Below are positions 46,711-56,777 of a DNA stretch of 64,000 nucleotides, one piece after another. The first letter of the stretch is position 1, and the number at the start of each line of letters is the position of its first letter. This DNA comes from Bacteroidales bacterium (lineage in GTDB: Bacteria; Bacteroidota; Bacteroidia; Bacteroidales; JBGRPZ01): contig JBGRQE010000001.1 of the NCBI GenBank assembly GCA_041725955.1, forward strand, positions 47,890 through 111,889, read 5' to 3'. The translations under genes were made by a program, and so were the position numbers. The notes under the pieces are model-generated. The model saw only the letters and a program-made list of their open reading frames with translations, did not search any database and was not told where the DNA came from.

Positions 46711-47325
46711 TTATTTCAGGATAAAAAATATTGAAAACATTAATATTGATCCTAATAAAAAGCCCACATATACCTGCAGAGGTGTGTGGGCTTTTAATTT
46801 TAAGCGCGCACTACCAATAAATCCTGCAAGAAGTAAAGGTGCATAAATTAATTCGGGTAAATAGGTTCCCAATGCAATATTAAGGCCAAGGAAAGTTCCA
46901 AAAACACAGCCTGAGCCAATCATATGAATACTAATTTTCCATTTTAACGTAATCAAAAGACTAAGCACAGCCGCTAGAGTTGCACCCAATAAAAATATAT
47001 TAAAAATATTATTGGGTAATACACTCGATAAAAGGTATTGTGCCAAGTAAAAGCATATTGCCACCAAAAGCATAGGGGCATATCTCTCTTCACGTGTAGG
47101 CATTTGGTAACTATGAACCAATTTTATCTTTTTTAAAATAAAAATACCGATCAAAGGTAGGATTACAGTGATTATAAATATACTAATCCCAATAACTGCT
47201 AAAACTCTAATAGGAAGAGAATAGATCAAGTAAATATCTAGTCTCATCATTAGAATTAGGGTATAAGTAGGCAATAACAGAGGATGAAAAACCCCTGAAA
47301 TGATTTTTGCTGTATTATTACTCAT
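46711..47325 (-). CDS. integral membrane protein, probable divergent PAP2-family phosphatase
   Basis: 204 aa, about 6 TM helices. PAP2-like remnants KISIHMIGSG and SARLKLKAHTPLQV. Confidence 0.45.
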   Translation of the reverse strand: MSNNTAKIISGVFHPLLLPTYTLILMMRLDIYLIYSLPIRVLAVIGISIFIITVILPLIGIFILKKIKLVHSYQMPTREERYAPMLLVAICFYLAQYLLSSVLPNNIFNIFLLGATLAAVLSLLITLKWKISIHMIGSGCVFGTFLGLNIALGTYLPELIYAPLLLAGFIGSARLKLKAHTPLQVYVGFLLGSILMFSIFFILK

Positions 47326-47354
47326 AAAAAAGCTCCTTAAAAGGTGTGTCTGTA

Positions 47355-48833
47355 TTATAATTCTTTCCTTAGTCGTGCCACTGATATATTCAATTGTTCT
47401 CTGTATTTGGCAACCGTACGTCGTGCAATATTGTACCCCTTTTCTTTTAAAATTTTAGTTAGTTGCTCGTCTGTAAGTGGTTTTTTCTTGTTTTCCGTTT
47501 GAATACAATCGTCTAGAATTTTTTTTATCTCGCGTGTGGATACTTCTTCACCATCAGACTTGGTTAAAGATTCGGAAAAGAAACTCTTTAGAAGAAAAGT
47601 TCCAAATGGAGTTTGTACATATTTTGAGTTTGCCACCCTTGAGATTGTAGAGATATCTAGATTCACTCTTTCAGCGATATCTTTTAAGATCATAGGTCTG
47701 AGTTTGGTTTCATCGCCAGTAATGAAATAATTAATTTGATATTCCATAATGGCATTCATGGTAACCAAAAGCGTATTTTGTCTTTGCTTGATGGCATCTA
47801 TAAACCACTTGGCAGAGTCTATTTTTTGCTTTACAAACATTAGGGCATCTTTCTGCTGTTTGTTTTTCTTATTCTCAGAATATGCCTCCAACATATTTGT
47901 ATAAGACCTGCTAAGTCTTAGTTCAGGTACGTTTTTTGAGTTAAGCGATAATTCCAGATCTCCATTATTATTGGTAATTATAAAATCGGGAAGAATATAA
48001 TGGTTTGTTTTGCTGGTTTCGCTTAATGAGTTTCCTGGTTTCGGATTTAGCTTTAGTACTTGCTCGATGGCATCTTTCAATCTATCAGCTGTAATACCCG
48101 AGCGTTTTATAATTTTCTCATAATGTTTTTTTGTAAATTCATTAAAGTAACGATCTAAAACCAATATAGCATCATCAATACTCTGTTTGTCTTCTTCCGA
48201 TTTTTTTCGTTTTAGCTGTATAAGTAGGCATTCTTGCAAACTTCGAGCACCCACCCCTGAAGGATCGAATGATTGTATAATCTCAAGAATGCCAGTGAGT
48301 TCTCCTTGGTCTGTGGTTAAGTTTTGAGAAAAGGCAAGATCATCGACCATGGCTTCAACATCACGTTGAAGATAGCCCGAATCATCAAGGTTTCCAATTA
48401 TATAAGATGCTATCTGATATTGTCTGTTATCAAGTATATGCTCGCCAAGTTGATTGATTAGTAATTCTTGGAAGCTTAAACCAGATATAAAAGGAATATC
48501 TCTGGGCTCATCATCTCCCATTGAGTTATTTGAACTTAGTTTATAGGAAGGAGTGTCATCATCTTCCATATAATCAGATAAATCGAATTCGTCTTCTTTA
48601 TTATATTCGTCTTCTTGTTTTTCTTCGTTATAATTATCGCTTTCTGCATTTTCGCTTGTATCGGCATCAAACTGATCGGGGTCGGCCATATCTTCCAGAG
48701 CAGGATTTTCTTCTATCTCTTGTTTAATGCGTTGCTCAATTGCCACAGAAGGTATTTGTAGAAGTTTCATCAACAGAATTTGCTGAGGAGAAAGCTTCTG
48801 TAGCAGTTTCTGCTGTAACTTTTGATTTAACAT
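47355..48833 (-). CDS. rpoN: RNA polymerase sigma-54 factor
   Basis: 492 aa. Gln/Leu-rich region I (MLNQKLQQKLLQKLSPQQ), acidic region II, and RpoN box ARRTVAKYR. Confidence 0.95.
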   Translation of the reverse strand: MLNQKLQQKLLQKLSPQQILLMKLLQIPSVAIEQRIKQEIEENPALEDMADPDQFDADTSENAESDNYNEEKQEDEYNKEDEFDLSDYMEDDDTPSYKLSSNNSMGDDEPRDIPFISGLSFQELLINQLGEHILDNRQYQIASYIIGNLDDSGYLQRDVEAMVDDLAFSQNLTTDQGELTGILEIIQSFDPSGVGARSLQECLLIQLKRKKSEEDKQSIDDAILVLDRYFNEFTKKHYEKIIKRSGITADRLKDAIEQVLKLNPKPGNSLSETSKTNHYILPDFIITNNNGDLELSLNSKNVPELRLSRSYTNMLEAYSENKKNKQQKDALMFVKQKIDSAKWFIDAIKQRQNTLLVTMNAIMEYQINYFITGDETKLRPMILKDIAERVNLDISTISRVANSKYVQTPFGTFLLKSFFSESLTKSDGEEVSTREIKKILDDCIQTENKKKPLTDEQLTKILKEKGYNIARRTVAKYREQLNISVARLRKEL

Positions 48834-49129
48834 CTTTTTCTGTTTGAATATTTTCCGAACAAAATTTCGGATTCCCCGAAGTGGTGTCTTTGAAACCCTG
48901 TTATTTGCTCTGATTATTAACGTTTTTCCTTATCAATCCCTATATGTTTAGGTGTAAAAAAAGTGTTATCTGTTTATTATTGACTTGGAATTATAAACTT
49001 AAAACACTTTGATTTTTTGAAGGTAGCAAAAACGGTTTACCTAATTTGTTTCATTTGATTTCTGAGACAAAGATAAGATTTTTATGAGATGTTTATTTTT
49101 ATATTTAGCAAGTCTTACTGTCCTAATTG

Positions 49130-49372
49130 CTATCACTCTTACCTTAAATCACTACCATTCCTACCATTGAATTCCACGACACCTAACATTAATTGACTTT
49201 AAATCTCCTAGGTATTTGGTAAAAACCTCCTAGATATTTGATGAAAACCTCCAAGGTATTTGATGAAAACCTCCTAGATATTTGATGAAAACCTCCAAGG
49301 TATTTGATAAAAACCTCCAAGGTATTTGATGAATATCTACTGGGGGTGGATGTTAACTTATTGGGTTGTGGT
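49130..49372 (+). repeat. composite head / 6x22-bp tandem repeat / tail element (copy B)
   Basis: Head 49130-49194; its first 32 nt are identical to copy A. Six units at 49195-49327 (GATGAAAACCTCCAAGGTATTT / ...CCTCCTAGATATTT). Tail 49328-49372 shares TTAACTTAYTGGGTTGYG with copy A. Confidence 0.9.
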
Positions 49373-49466
49373 GTAATCATTACCTGCCTTGGTCGAAAGG
49401 TAAGGGTACATATTAAAGCTAGCTATATGGAGTGCGTTTATCTAGAGAATATAATTGTCGTGTACT

Positions 49467-49515
49467 AAAAAAAAGGCTATAGATCGGAAAAGATCTATAG
49501 CCTTGTATTTATTTT
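49467..49515 (-). terminator. asnS terminator (bidirectional hairpin)
   Basis: A8-GGCTATAGATC-GGAAAA-GATCTATAGCC followed by a T-rich run. The T8 lies on the minus strand after the stem. Confidence 0.8.
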
Positions 49516-49555
49516 TTTAAATATTAAAGTCTCAATAAATTGATCTTCTATTTAT

Positions 49556-50998
49556 TTAGAATTCTGCATTTTGAGGAGTTCTTGGAAAAGGAATAACGTC
49601 TCTTATATTATTCATTCCTGTAACAAATAAGATAAGGCGTTCAAAACCCAGACCAAAACCTGCATGCGGAGCGGTTCCAAATCTACGACTATCTAAATAC
49701 CACCACATTTCTTTTTGTGGGATATCCATTTCGTCCATTCTGTCGGTAAGTTTTTTATAATCTGCTTCACGAACCGAACCGCCAATAATTTCTCCAATTT
49801 GAGGGAATAGAACATCCATTCCTTGAACAGTCTTTCCATCTTCATTTTGCTTCATATAAAAAGCTTTAATTTCTTTAGGATAGTCTGTTAAAATTACGGG
49901 TTTCTTAAAGTGTTTTTCAACAAGGAAACGTTCGTGTTCAGATTGAAGGTCTATACCCCAATCTTCTACAGTATATTGGAATTTACCTTTTTTGTTTGGC
50001 TTTGAATTCTTTAAAATATTTACGGCCTCAGTATAGGTTAGGCGAACAAAATCGTTTTCCAAAACAAAACGAAGTTTTTCGATTAATCCCATAGGAGAAC
50101 GTTGATCTTTTGGTTTGTTCTTTTCTTCGTCGAACAATCGTTTTTCAAGGAAATCTAGATCTTCACTGCAATTGTCTAAAGCATATTGAACAAGATATTT
50201 CAACATATCTTCAGCCAAGTCCATATTATCGTTAATATCGTTGAAAGCTACTTCTGGCTCAATCATCCAGAACTCGGCAAGATGTCGAGAAGTGTTTGAG
50301 TTTTCTGCACGGAAGGTAGGTCCAAAGGTATAAACTTTAGAAAGAGCCATACAAGCAAGTTCTACTTCCAGCTGGCCAGAAACGGTTAAGTTTGTTGGTC
50401 GGCCAAAGAAATCTTGACTGTAATCTATTGCACCTTCTTCTGTTTTTGGAGGTTTGCTGATGTCGAATGTAGTAACATTAAACATCTCACCAGCTCCTTC
50501 ACAGTCAGATCCTGTAACGATAGGAGTATGTATGTTATAAAAATTTCTTTCGGTAAAAAATTTATGAACCGCATAAATCATGGCATGTCTTATTCTAAAG
50601 ACAGCACTAAAGGTATTTGTACGGAAACGTAAATGTGCTTTTTCTCTTAGAAACTCTAAAGAGTGTTTTTTTGGTTGTAGTGGGTATTCGTCGGGATTTG
50701 CTTCTCCCAGTACTTCTAATTCATTTGCCACTAATTCAACTTTCTGTCCACTTCCTTGTGATTCAACAAGATCTCCTTTTACAGAGATTGAGGCACCAGT
50801 ATGAATTTTAGATAGAAGATCAATATCAATCTTCTCAAAATCAACGACCACCTGAATGTTATTAATGGTTGAACCATCATTTAGTGCAATAAATGCTACA
50901 TTCTTGCTTCCTCTTTTTGTTCTAACCCAGCCTTTGATGACCACTTCCTGGCCGCATAAACTTTCTTGGAAAATTCTTTTGATCTCTGTCCTTTTCAC
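49556..50998 (-). CDS. asnS: asparagine--tRNA ligase
   Basis: 480 aa. N-terminal OB fold ([25 protein letters not shown]) and class IIb motifs ([27 protein letters not shown]). Confidence 0.92.
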   Translation of the reverse strand: MKRTEIKRIFQESLCGQEVVIKGWVRTKRGSKNVAFIALNDGSTINNIQVVVDFEKIDIDLLSKIHTGASISVKGDLVESQGSGQKVELVANELEVLGEANPDEYPLQPKKHSLEFLREKAHLRFRTNTFSAVFRIRHAMIYAVHKFFTERNFYNIHTPIVTGSDCEGAGEMFNVTTFDISKPPKTEEGAIDYSQDFFGRPTNLTVSGQLEVELACMALSKVYTFGPTFRAENSNTSRHLAEFWMIEPEVAFNDINDNMDLAEDMLKYLVQYALDNCSEDLDFLEKRLFDEEKNKPKDQRSPMGLIEKLRFVLENDFVRLTYTEAVNILKNSKPNKKGKFQYTVEDWGIDLQSEHERFLVEKHFKKPVILTDYPKEIKAFYMKQNEDGKTVQGMDVLFPQIGEIIGGSVREADYKKLTDRMDEMDIPQKEMWWYLDSRRFGTAPHAGFGLGFERLILFVTGMNNIRDVIPFPRTPQNAEF

Positions 50999-51205
50999 AG
51001 CCTGATAATGTTTAATGAATTGAAAATAGTTTACAAAGGAACGAAAAATCCAACAACTTTACATATAATTGCCTGCAATTTTAGTATATGAACGGCCTAC
51101 AACAATTATAATTAACACTGCGTTCTCTCTGAAAATGGGCAAACAATATTTTGGAAATTCTTGTTCTGTTTTCAGGTCGTTTTTCGAAATTAATTAAGGT
51201 ATAGA

Positions 51206-52312
51206 ATGGGTACAGATATAAAACTTGAAAAAATAGAATCGCTATTCTCAATGGAAGGAAAACCTTTGATTATTGGAGGTCCTTGCAGTGCAGAAAGTGA
51301 ATTTCAAATTCTCCAAACTGCTAAAGCACTTGATGCCTGTAATCAGGTAAAGGTCTTTCGTGCAGGTTTGTGGAAACCTCGAACCAGACCCAATGGTTTT
51401 GAGGGCGTAGGAGCTAAAGGTTTACCATGGATGCAGCGAGTAAGAAAAGAAACCTCTTTACTTACTGCTGTAGAAGTAGCCAAGCCCTCGCATGTCGAAA
51501 AAGTGCTTAAGCACGATATAGATATTATATGGTTAGGTGCCCGAACTACTACCAATCCTTTTTCTGTACAGGAAATTGCCGAAAGTTTGCGTGGTGTAGA
51601 TATTCCTGTGATGATAAAGAATCCATTGCATGCCGATCTGAAATTATGGGTAGGTGCAATGGAAAGACTTAATAGTGTTGGAGTAGAGAAGCTTATAGCT
51701 ATTCATAGAGGTTTTTATGCACATCATAAAACTCCTTTTAGAAATCCTCCATTATGGGAAATTCCTATAGAATTGCGCCGAATAATTCCCGATCTACCTA
51801 TATTGGTTGACCCAAGTCATATTTGTGGCAATACTGCATTGATTCCTTATCTATCGCAAAAGGCATTGGATTTGGAGATGAATGGCTTGATGATTGAAGC
51901 TCATTTTGATCCTGATAATGCACTTAGTGATGCCTTTCAACAACTTCGCCCAGATGAGTTTAAGAAGATGATTGATGATTTGGTAATTCGTAAGTTTAAT
52001 GGAGTTTCATTAAACGACAGTGCTTTGAATGCTCTAAGAGATGAAATTGATCGTTTGGACGACCAGCTTATACAAATATTGGCTCAGCGTTTAGAAATTG
52101 TAGAAGAGATCGGAAGGTATAAAAAAGAGAAGAATCTAACTATTCTTCAGCTAGAACGTTGGAATAAGGTAATCAGTGAAAGAGTTAAGTCGGGAGAAGC
52201 TTTAGGTCTTAATAAAGATTTTATGGAGCAGATTCTAAGAATAATACATGAAGAATCTATCCAAAAACAAAATGTGATTATGAATACCTCCCGTAAAGAT
52301 ACGGGAGAGTAG
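51206..52312 (+). CDS. bifunctional 3-deoxy-7-phosphoheptulonate (DAHP) synthase / chorismate mutase
   Basis: 368 aa. Type I-beta DAHP/KDO8P-like barrel (IIGGPCSAES...LWKPRT...DPSH). C-terminal AroQ chorismate mutase (LRDEIDRLDDQLIQILAQRLEIVEEIGRYK). Confidence 0.88.
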   Translation: MGTDIKLEKIESLFSMEGKPLIIGGPCSAESEFQILQTAKALDACNQVKVFRAGLWKPRTRPNGFEGVGAKGLPWMQRVRKETSLLTAVEVAKPSHVEKVLKHDIDIIWLGARTTTNPFSVQEIAESLRGVDIPVMIKNPLHADLKLWVGAMERLNSVGVEKLIAIHRGFYAHHKTPFRNPPLWEIPIELRRIIPDLPILVDPSHICGNTALIPYLSQKALDLEMNGLMIEAHFDPDNALSDAFQQLRPDEFKKMIDDLVIRKFNGVSLNDSALNALRDEIDRLDDQLIQILAQRLEIVEEIGRYKKEKNLTILQLERWNKVISERVKSGEALGLNKDFMEQILRIIHEESIQKQNVIMNTSRKDTGE

Positions 52313-52318
52313 TCTTGC

Positions 52319-53227
52319 TTACATCCAGTTTTTTCGTTTGAAGTAGTAAAACATGCTTCCAACGATAACCAGCATAAGTATGACAAGTATCCAGAAAGCT
52401 TGTACATTATCCTCAATAGGTAAGTGAACGTTCATACCGTAAAGAGAGGTTATAAAGGTGAGGGGCAGCAAGATGGATGAAATTAGAGTAAGGATTTTCA
52501 TAATTTCATTTGTCTTGTTGGTCTGCATTGAGTCAAAGGTTTTTGATAAGCCTTCAATCAATTCTTCATAATCTTCGGTCATATCCCACATTTTCTGATA
52601 GTAATCGAGGATATTACCCCAGTAATCTTCCATGTTTTCGGCATAACCGCGTATAGCTCCAATTTCGAATTTGTGGAACAGCCTTAGCTGAGGTTTGAAT
52701 ATGGTATTTATTAGGATTATATTTTTTCTGGTCACAGAAATTCTTTCAATAATTTTTTGAGGACCTAGGTTGAAAAGCTCTCTGTTTATAAGTTCAAGTT
52801 CAACACCAACACGTCTAAGCATAGATAATGACTCAGTCATTAAACGTTCTAAGATGCGATACAAAAGGGCATCTGAAGTACCTACTTCAAACTCTTCTTT
52901 TTTTTGGGCTTTTTCTTCAGCTTCTTTAAACATTAAACCTACTACCCAGTGCGATTTGCCTATGGTAATAATATAATCTTCTCCCCAGAAGATTTTCACT
53001 TCTTTGGTTTTAATAAATTTATTTTGGCGGTCGAAGTTTGGGAAATGAAGAATAAGGAAATAATAATCGTCATAACTATCAATTTTCGGACGCTGGTTGG
53101 TAGATCTACAATCTTCAATATCTAGTGGATGGAAATGGAAATTATCCCTAAGATACTTAAGATCTTCTTCTGCTGGGTTGACAATATGATGCCATTTTAG
53201 TGTTCCTATTTTGACAGTTTCAATCAT
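52319..53227 (-). CDS. corA: magnesium/cobalt transporter CorA
   Basis: 302 aa. YGMN signature (SLYGMNVHLP) before the last TM helix. Confidence 0.9.
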   Translation of the reverse strand: MIETVKIGTLKWHHIVNPAEEDLKYLRDNFHFHPLDIEDCRSTNQRPKIDSYDDYYFLILHFPNFDRQNKFIKTKEVKIFWGEDYIITIGKSHWVVGLMFKEAEEKAQKKEEFEVGTSDALLYRILERLMTESLSMLRRVGVELELINRELFNLGPQKIIERISVTRKNIILINTIFKPQLRLFHKFEIGAIRGYAENMEDYWGNILDYYQKMWDMTEDYEELIEGLSKTFDSMQTNKTNEIMKILTLISSILLPLTFITSLYGMNVHLPIEDNVQAFWILVILMLVIVGSMFYYFKRKNWM

Positions 53228-53604
53228 AAGATCTTATTTTTTGAAAATCAACTTTTTACTTTTCCCAAGGTGGCTTTACAAAGCTAAACAATTGATAGGA
53301 TTTAAAAAAAAATAATACATTTCTTTGTCCGAATATTCCCCTAAGCTTATACCATAGCACGCAGTTTTAACGATTTTTTCTGCATTTTGTTTGCAAAGGA
53401 AAGCTATTTTTATCAATTATTCTGATTAAGAAGGGACTGTTGTTAAAAAAAGAGCAGGCGTAGCTAGGATAGCTATCGACCTGCTTGGAATGATCATTCA
53501 CACACAAAACACGTCGCAAAGGTATCAAAAAAATGGTATTGTTTTTTTATTGGCCAAAAAAGTTTATACTTTCGAGGCATGTCTTTTTTAGAGATATTTA
53601 GATT

Positions 53605-55515
53605 ATGGTGAAGAAGAATAATTTTGATTTATTGATTCTACTATTTATTCTTATAGTAGGAAGTGTTCTGCGTTTTTATAAGCTTGGAGAAGTGAAGTTT
53701 ACTCATGATGAGTTTAGTACTTTCTTTGTTTCTGAACATAAGAATTTGAGAGATTTATGGATGCAAGGAGTTAAGCTTTGTGATACTCATCCTCCATTTA
53801 TACACACATTTTATTACTTTATAAAGAATGTTTTTGGTTCTGAGTTGTGGATCTTTAAGTTCTTTTTTGTTTTGATGGGTATTGCTTCTATTGGATTGGC
53901 ATATTTGCTAGGGAAAAAGTGGTTTTCTTCAACTACAGGATTATTAACAGCTGCATGTATTGGAGTTGTTCAGCTAACCGTTATGCACAGTCAGATAGCG
54001 CGTATGTATTCGAGTGGGTTATTCTTTACACTTTGCATGTTATATTTTTGGCATCGTTTTCTTTTTGCCGAAAAACGTTTTTGGCTTTCTTATATAGGGT
54101 TTGTTTTTTGTGGATCACTAATGTCTTACAATCATCATTTTACTCTTTTGTTATTGACAATTATTGGAGTAAGTGGTTTATATAGTATTCCTAAAAAAAG
54201 ATTATGGACGTATGTTTTAGCAGGTATAAATATTTTTATTTTATATCTTCCTAATCTTAATATTTTCTTTCATCAAGCTAATCAGAAAGGTTTGTCTTGG
54301 TTGGGTAAACCAGGATATTTATTCCTCTATAATTTTACTCGCTTTTTATTTCATTATTCATGGATTTTTCTTGCCTTAATTGCACTGTTAGTCGTCGTTT
54401 CATTATTGGGAAATAGGAATAAATCAACCCATTCAATATTGATGCGAAAGTATTGTATAGTATGGTTTATTGTGTTTTTCTCTGTTGCCTTTTTTTATTC
54501 TCAGTATGTAAGTCCTATTTTACAATATTCTATAATGATATTTATTAGCCCTTTTCTGATTATGCTCTTATTTAGCTTTTTTGAAGATAAAGGGAAAGTG
54601 TTTAAAGTATTGAGTGTTGTTTTTATACTTTCAATAGGTACCTATACACTTGTAAATAATCGCATGCATTATTCTATTTTCTATAAATCGCATTTTCTGG
54701 AACCTCTGAAAGAGGCAAATTATGCAAAATCAAAATATAAGGAAGACCTTGCTATTTTATTTAATGATCATGACGATATTAGAGAGTATTATTATCAAGA
54801 TAAAGGCTTTGTTTTCGATTTTCATGCGATTAACAGAATGAGTTTAAAGCAGGTTGATAGTTTACTCTCAGGTTTGAAAACTAACTATCTGTTTTATAGC
54901 TGGACGAAATATCAAAGACCTAATATTGATTTATTGGTAAGGAAATACTTTCCTTATAAACTCAATAAGTTTAATTATTTTAATGCTGAATCATCTCTTT
55001 TATCAAAGACAAATTCTTCAAATACAGTTAAGGATGATTTGATATTCTCTGAAGATTGGCCAAAAGATCTTAAATCTTTTTGGTTTAATAAGGAATTATT
55101 GAAGGATAGTGTTGGTAGAGAATATATATTGGTTGACAGTTTGCAGGAATTTCCTCTAGGAATAAAAATAAATCAAGATAGTGTTAAGTGGAGTAAGAAT
55201 TATGCACTGGAGATTGAAATTGAAGGTAGTACGGATGAGGAATTACAAAATTGCTCTCTGGCTTTGAGTTTCACAAATAATGATGATTTATTGATTTGGG
55301 ATGGCATTGCATTGAAAGATGCATTGATCCATAGTAATGGGCGTTTCTATTTATCTTATAAACGAAGATTTATTGATTTTCAGGGAGCTGTTATGCCAAA
55401 TAAAATTGAGATTAATATCTGGAATCCAGGAAAAAAAACCTTCAAGCTAAGTAGAATGAAGGTTTGTATTCGTAGTGCTAATCCTATAGTATATGGTCAG
55501 TTGAATGAAATTTAA
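53605..55515 (+). CDS. glycosyltransferase family 39-like membrane protein with large C-terminal soluble domain
   Basis: 636 aa. N-terminal TM then the KFTHDEFSTF loop (DE motif). About 11 TM helices followed by a ~270-aa non-membrane tail. Confidence 0.65.
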   Translation: MVKKNNFDLLILLFILIVGSVLRFYKLGEVKFTHDEFSTFFVSEHKNLRDLWMQGVKLCDTHPPFIHTFYYFIKNVFGSELWIFKFFFVLMGIASIGLAYLLGKKWFSSTTGLLTAACIGVVQLTVMHSQIARMYSSGLFFTLCMLYFWHRFLFAEKRFWLSYIGFVFCGSLMSYNHHFTLLLLTIIGVSGLYSIPKKRLWTYVLAGINIFILYLPNLNIFFHQANQKGLSWLGKPGYLFLYNFTRFLFHYSWIFLALIALLVVVSLLGNRNKSTHSILMRKYCIVWFIVFFSVAFFYSQYVSPILQYSIMIFISPFLIMLLFSFFEDKGKVFKVLSVVFILSIGTYTLVNNRMHYSIFYKSHFLEPLKEANYAKSKYKEDLAILFNDHDDIREYYYQDKGFVFDFHAINRMSLKQVDSLLSGLKTNYLFYSWTKYQRPNIDLLVRKYFPYKLNKFNYFNAESSLLSKTNSSNTVKDDLIFSEDWPKDLKSFWFNKELLKDSVGREYILVDSLQEFPLGIKINQDSVKWSKNYALEIEIEGSTDEELQNCSLALSFTNNDDLLIWDGIALKDALIHSNGRFYLSYKRRFIDFQGAVMPNKIEINIWNPGKKTFKLSRMKVCIRSANPIVYGQLNEI

Positions 55516-56141
55516 GCTATGCCAGAAGGAGAATTTTTTATATTTTCAAGAGCTATAGCAAACTCTTTGTCGCTAATAACTTTTTCTTTATTTAGCCATT
55601 GTAGTTTCCATAGCTCTTCCTCAAAAGGGGCAGATTTATCTATATAAAAGTAATTTTCTCTAATGTATTTATTTCTTGCTTTGTATATGTTATTTACAAA
55701 CTCGTCGAATTCAAAGGGTGTAGGTACATTTTGAATTAGGGTAATTCTTTCTCTATTATCAAGCATTATGCAAAACTCATTAATGGGGAGTAGTGTATAT
55801 AGTAAAATGCAAATAAAAGCAACAACTATAAAAGCAGAATTTAGAAATACGAGTTTGGGAATAATTTGAGTGTAGCTTAAAACCATTGATAAGAAAAAAA
55901 GTATAATCAGTGCAATGGCAAAGAAAAGGATTTCGTGGCTTCTTTTTTTATTTATAAAACATTTTCTTTCAATATGATCAAATGAAAAGTGCTTGGTGTT
56001 TTTTCCATTTTGACAGCTTGTCATTAAGCCATCCTCGGTTATTTTAATTTTCTGTTTACGAAAAAGAACCTTCTGTTCAATTTCCAGCATATTGGTTTTG
56101 TCTTCCCCAAATATCTCACTTATTCCTTTGCGTTTATTCAT
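55512..56141 (-). CDS. hypothetical membrane protein with SHOCT-like C-terminal segment
   Basis: 209 aa. Two central TM helices. C-terminus LNKEKVISDKEFAIALENIK resembles a SHOCT motif. Its 3' end overlaps the convergent gene by 4 nt. Confidence 0.4.
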   Translation of the reverse strand: MNKRKGISEIFGEDKTNMLEIEQKVLFRKQKIKITEDGLMTSCQNGKNTKHFSFDHIERKCFINKKRSHEILFFAIALIILFFLSMVLSYTQIIPKLVFLNSAFIVVAFICILLYTLLPINEFCIMLDNRERITLIQNVPTPFEFDEFVNNIYKARNKYIRENYFYIDKSAPFEEELWKLQWLNKEKVISDKEFAIALENIKNSPSGIA

Positions 56142-56236
56142 TTTATTTCTTAGTTTTTTTGCCCTAATTCATGAAAAGAACACTCATAGTAAAAATTTGT
56201 TTTAAAATAATTTAGTTTTTTAGATATTCAGGAACT

Positions 56237-56620
56237 TTATGAAAATAATTCCCATATTCTTGGAATAAATATTAGTAAACCTGCAATTAAAGCATATAAA
56301 GCGCATATAAGTACTCCTGCAGCCGATAGGTCCTTAATTATTTTTATATCATTATTCCTTTCTTTTGTTATATGATTGCAAAGTTTTTCTATGGCAGTAT
56401 TAAAAAGTTCTGCTGCGATTACAAGTGCTATAGCACTTAATATAAACAACCACTCATATATGTTTAAGTCGAGAATTATGCATAAAATTATTGATATTAT
56501 GGCAATGGTAAAATGAATGCGGGCATTGCGTTCGTTTTTGAACATATATGTCAGTCCGCGAACGGCAAAAGATATACTTCTAAAAATCCTATAAATGGAG
56601 AAGGTTGATTTATGATTCAT
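56237..56620 (-). CDS. dgkA: diacylglycerol kinase
   Basis: 127 aa, three TM helices, motif AAELFNTAIEKLCNHI. Confidence 0.85.
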   Translation of the reverse strand: MNHKSTFSIYRIFRSISFAVRGLTYMFKNERNARIHFTIAIISIILCIILDLNIYEWLFILSAIALVIAAELFNTAIEKLCNHITKERNNDIKIIKDLSAAGVLICALYALIAGLLIFIPRIWELFS

Positions 56621-56777
56621 TTCTCATTATTTTTAAGTGTTGTTATTTACTGGTATATGGCTATAATTGGTATGCTATAGACCGTGCAATTATTTTTATT
56701 TACTTGTTTGGTATTTTTTTTGTTTTCAATTCGTTTGTAATATTTTAACAAGGGAAACTACTACTAAATAAACAAGT

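Noticed and set aside
21418-49372. The two direct copies of the repeat element as boundaries of a 27.7-kb mobile island or composite transposon
   Set aside because: The interior is core housekeeping (polA, nrdJ, rpoN, polyprenyl synthases, rnhA) with no integrase or transposase. The sequences immediately flanking the two copies are unrelated.
49189-49380. 63-aa minus-strand ORF (…YLGGFHQISRRFSSNTLEVFIKYLGGF…)
   Set aside because: Its sequence is just the translation of the 22-bp repeats. The periodic peptide is an artefact of the repeat.
53228-53420. M-box (Mg2+) riboswitch in the corA leader
   Set aside because: The minus-strand leader shows none of the conserved M-box helices or sequence blocks that I can recognise.
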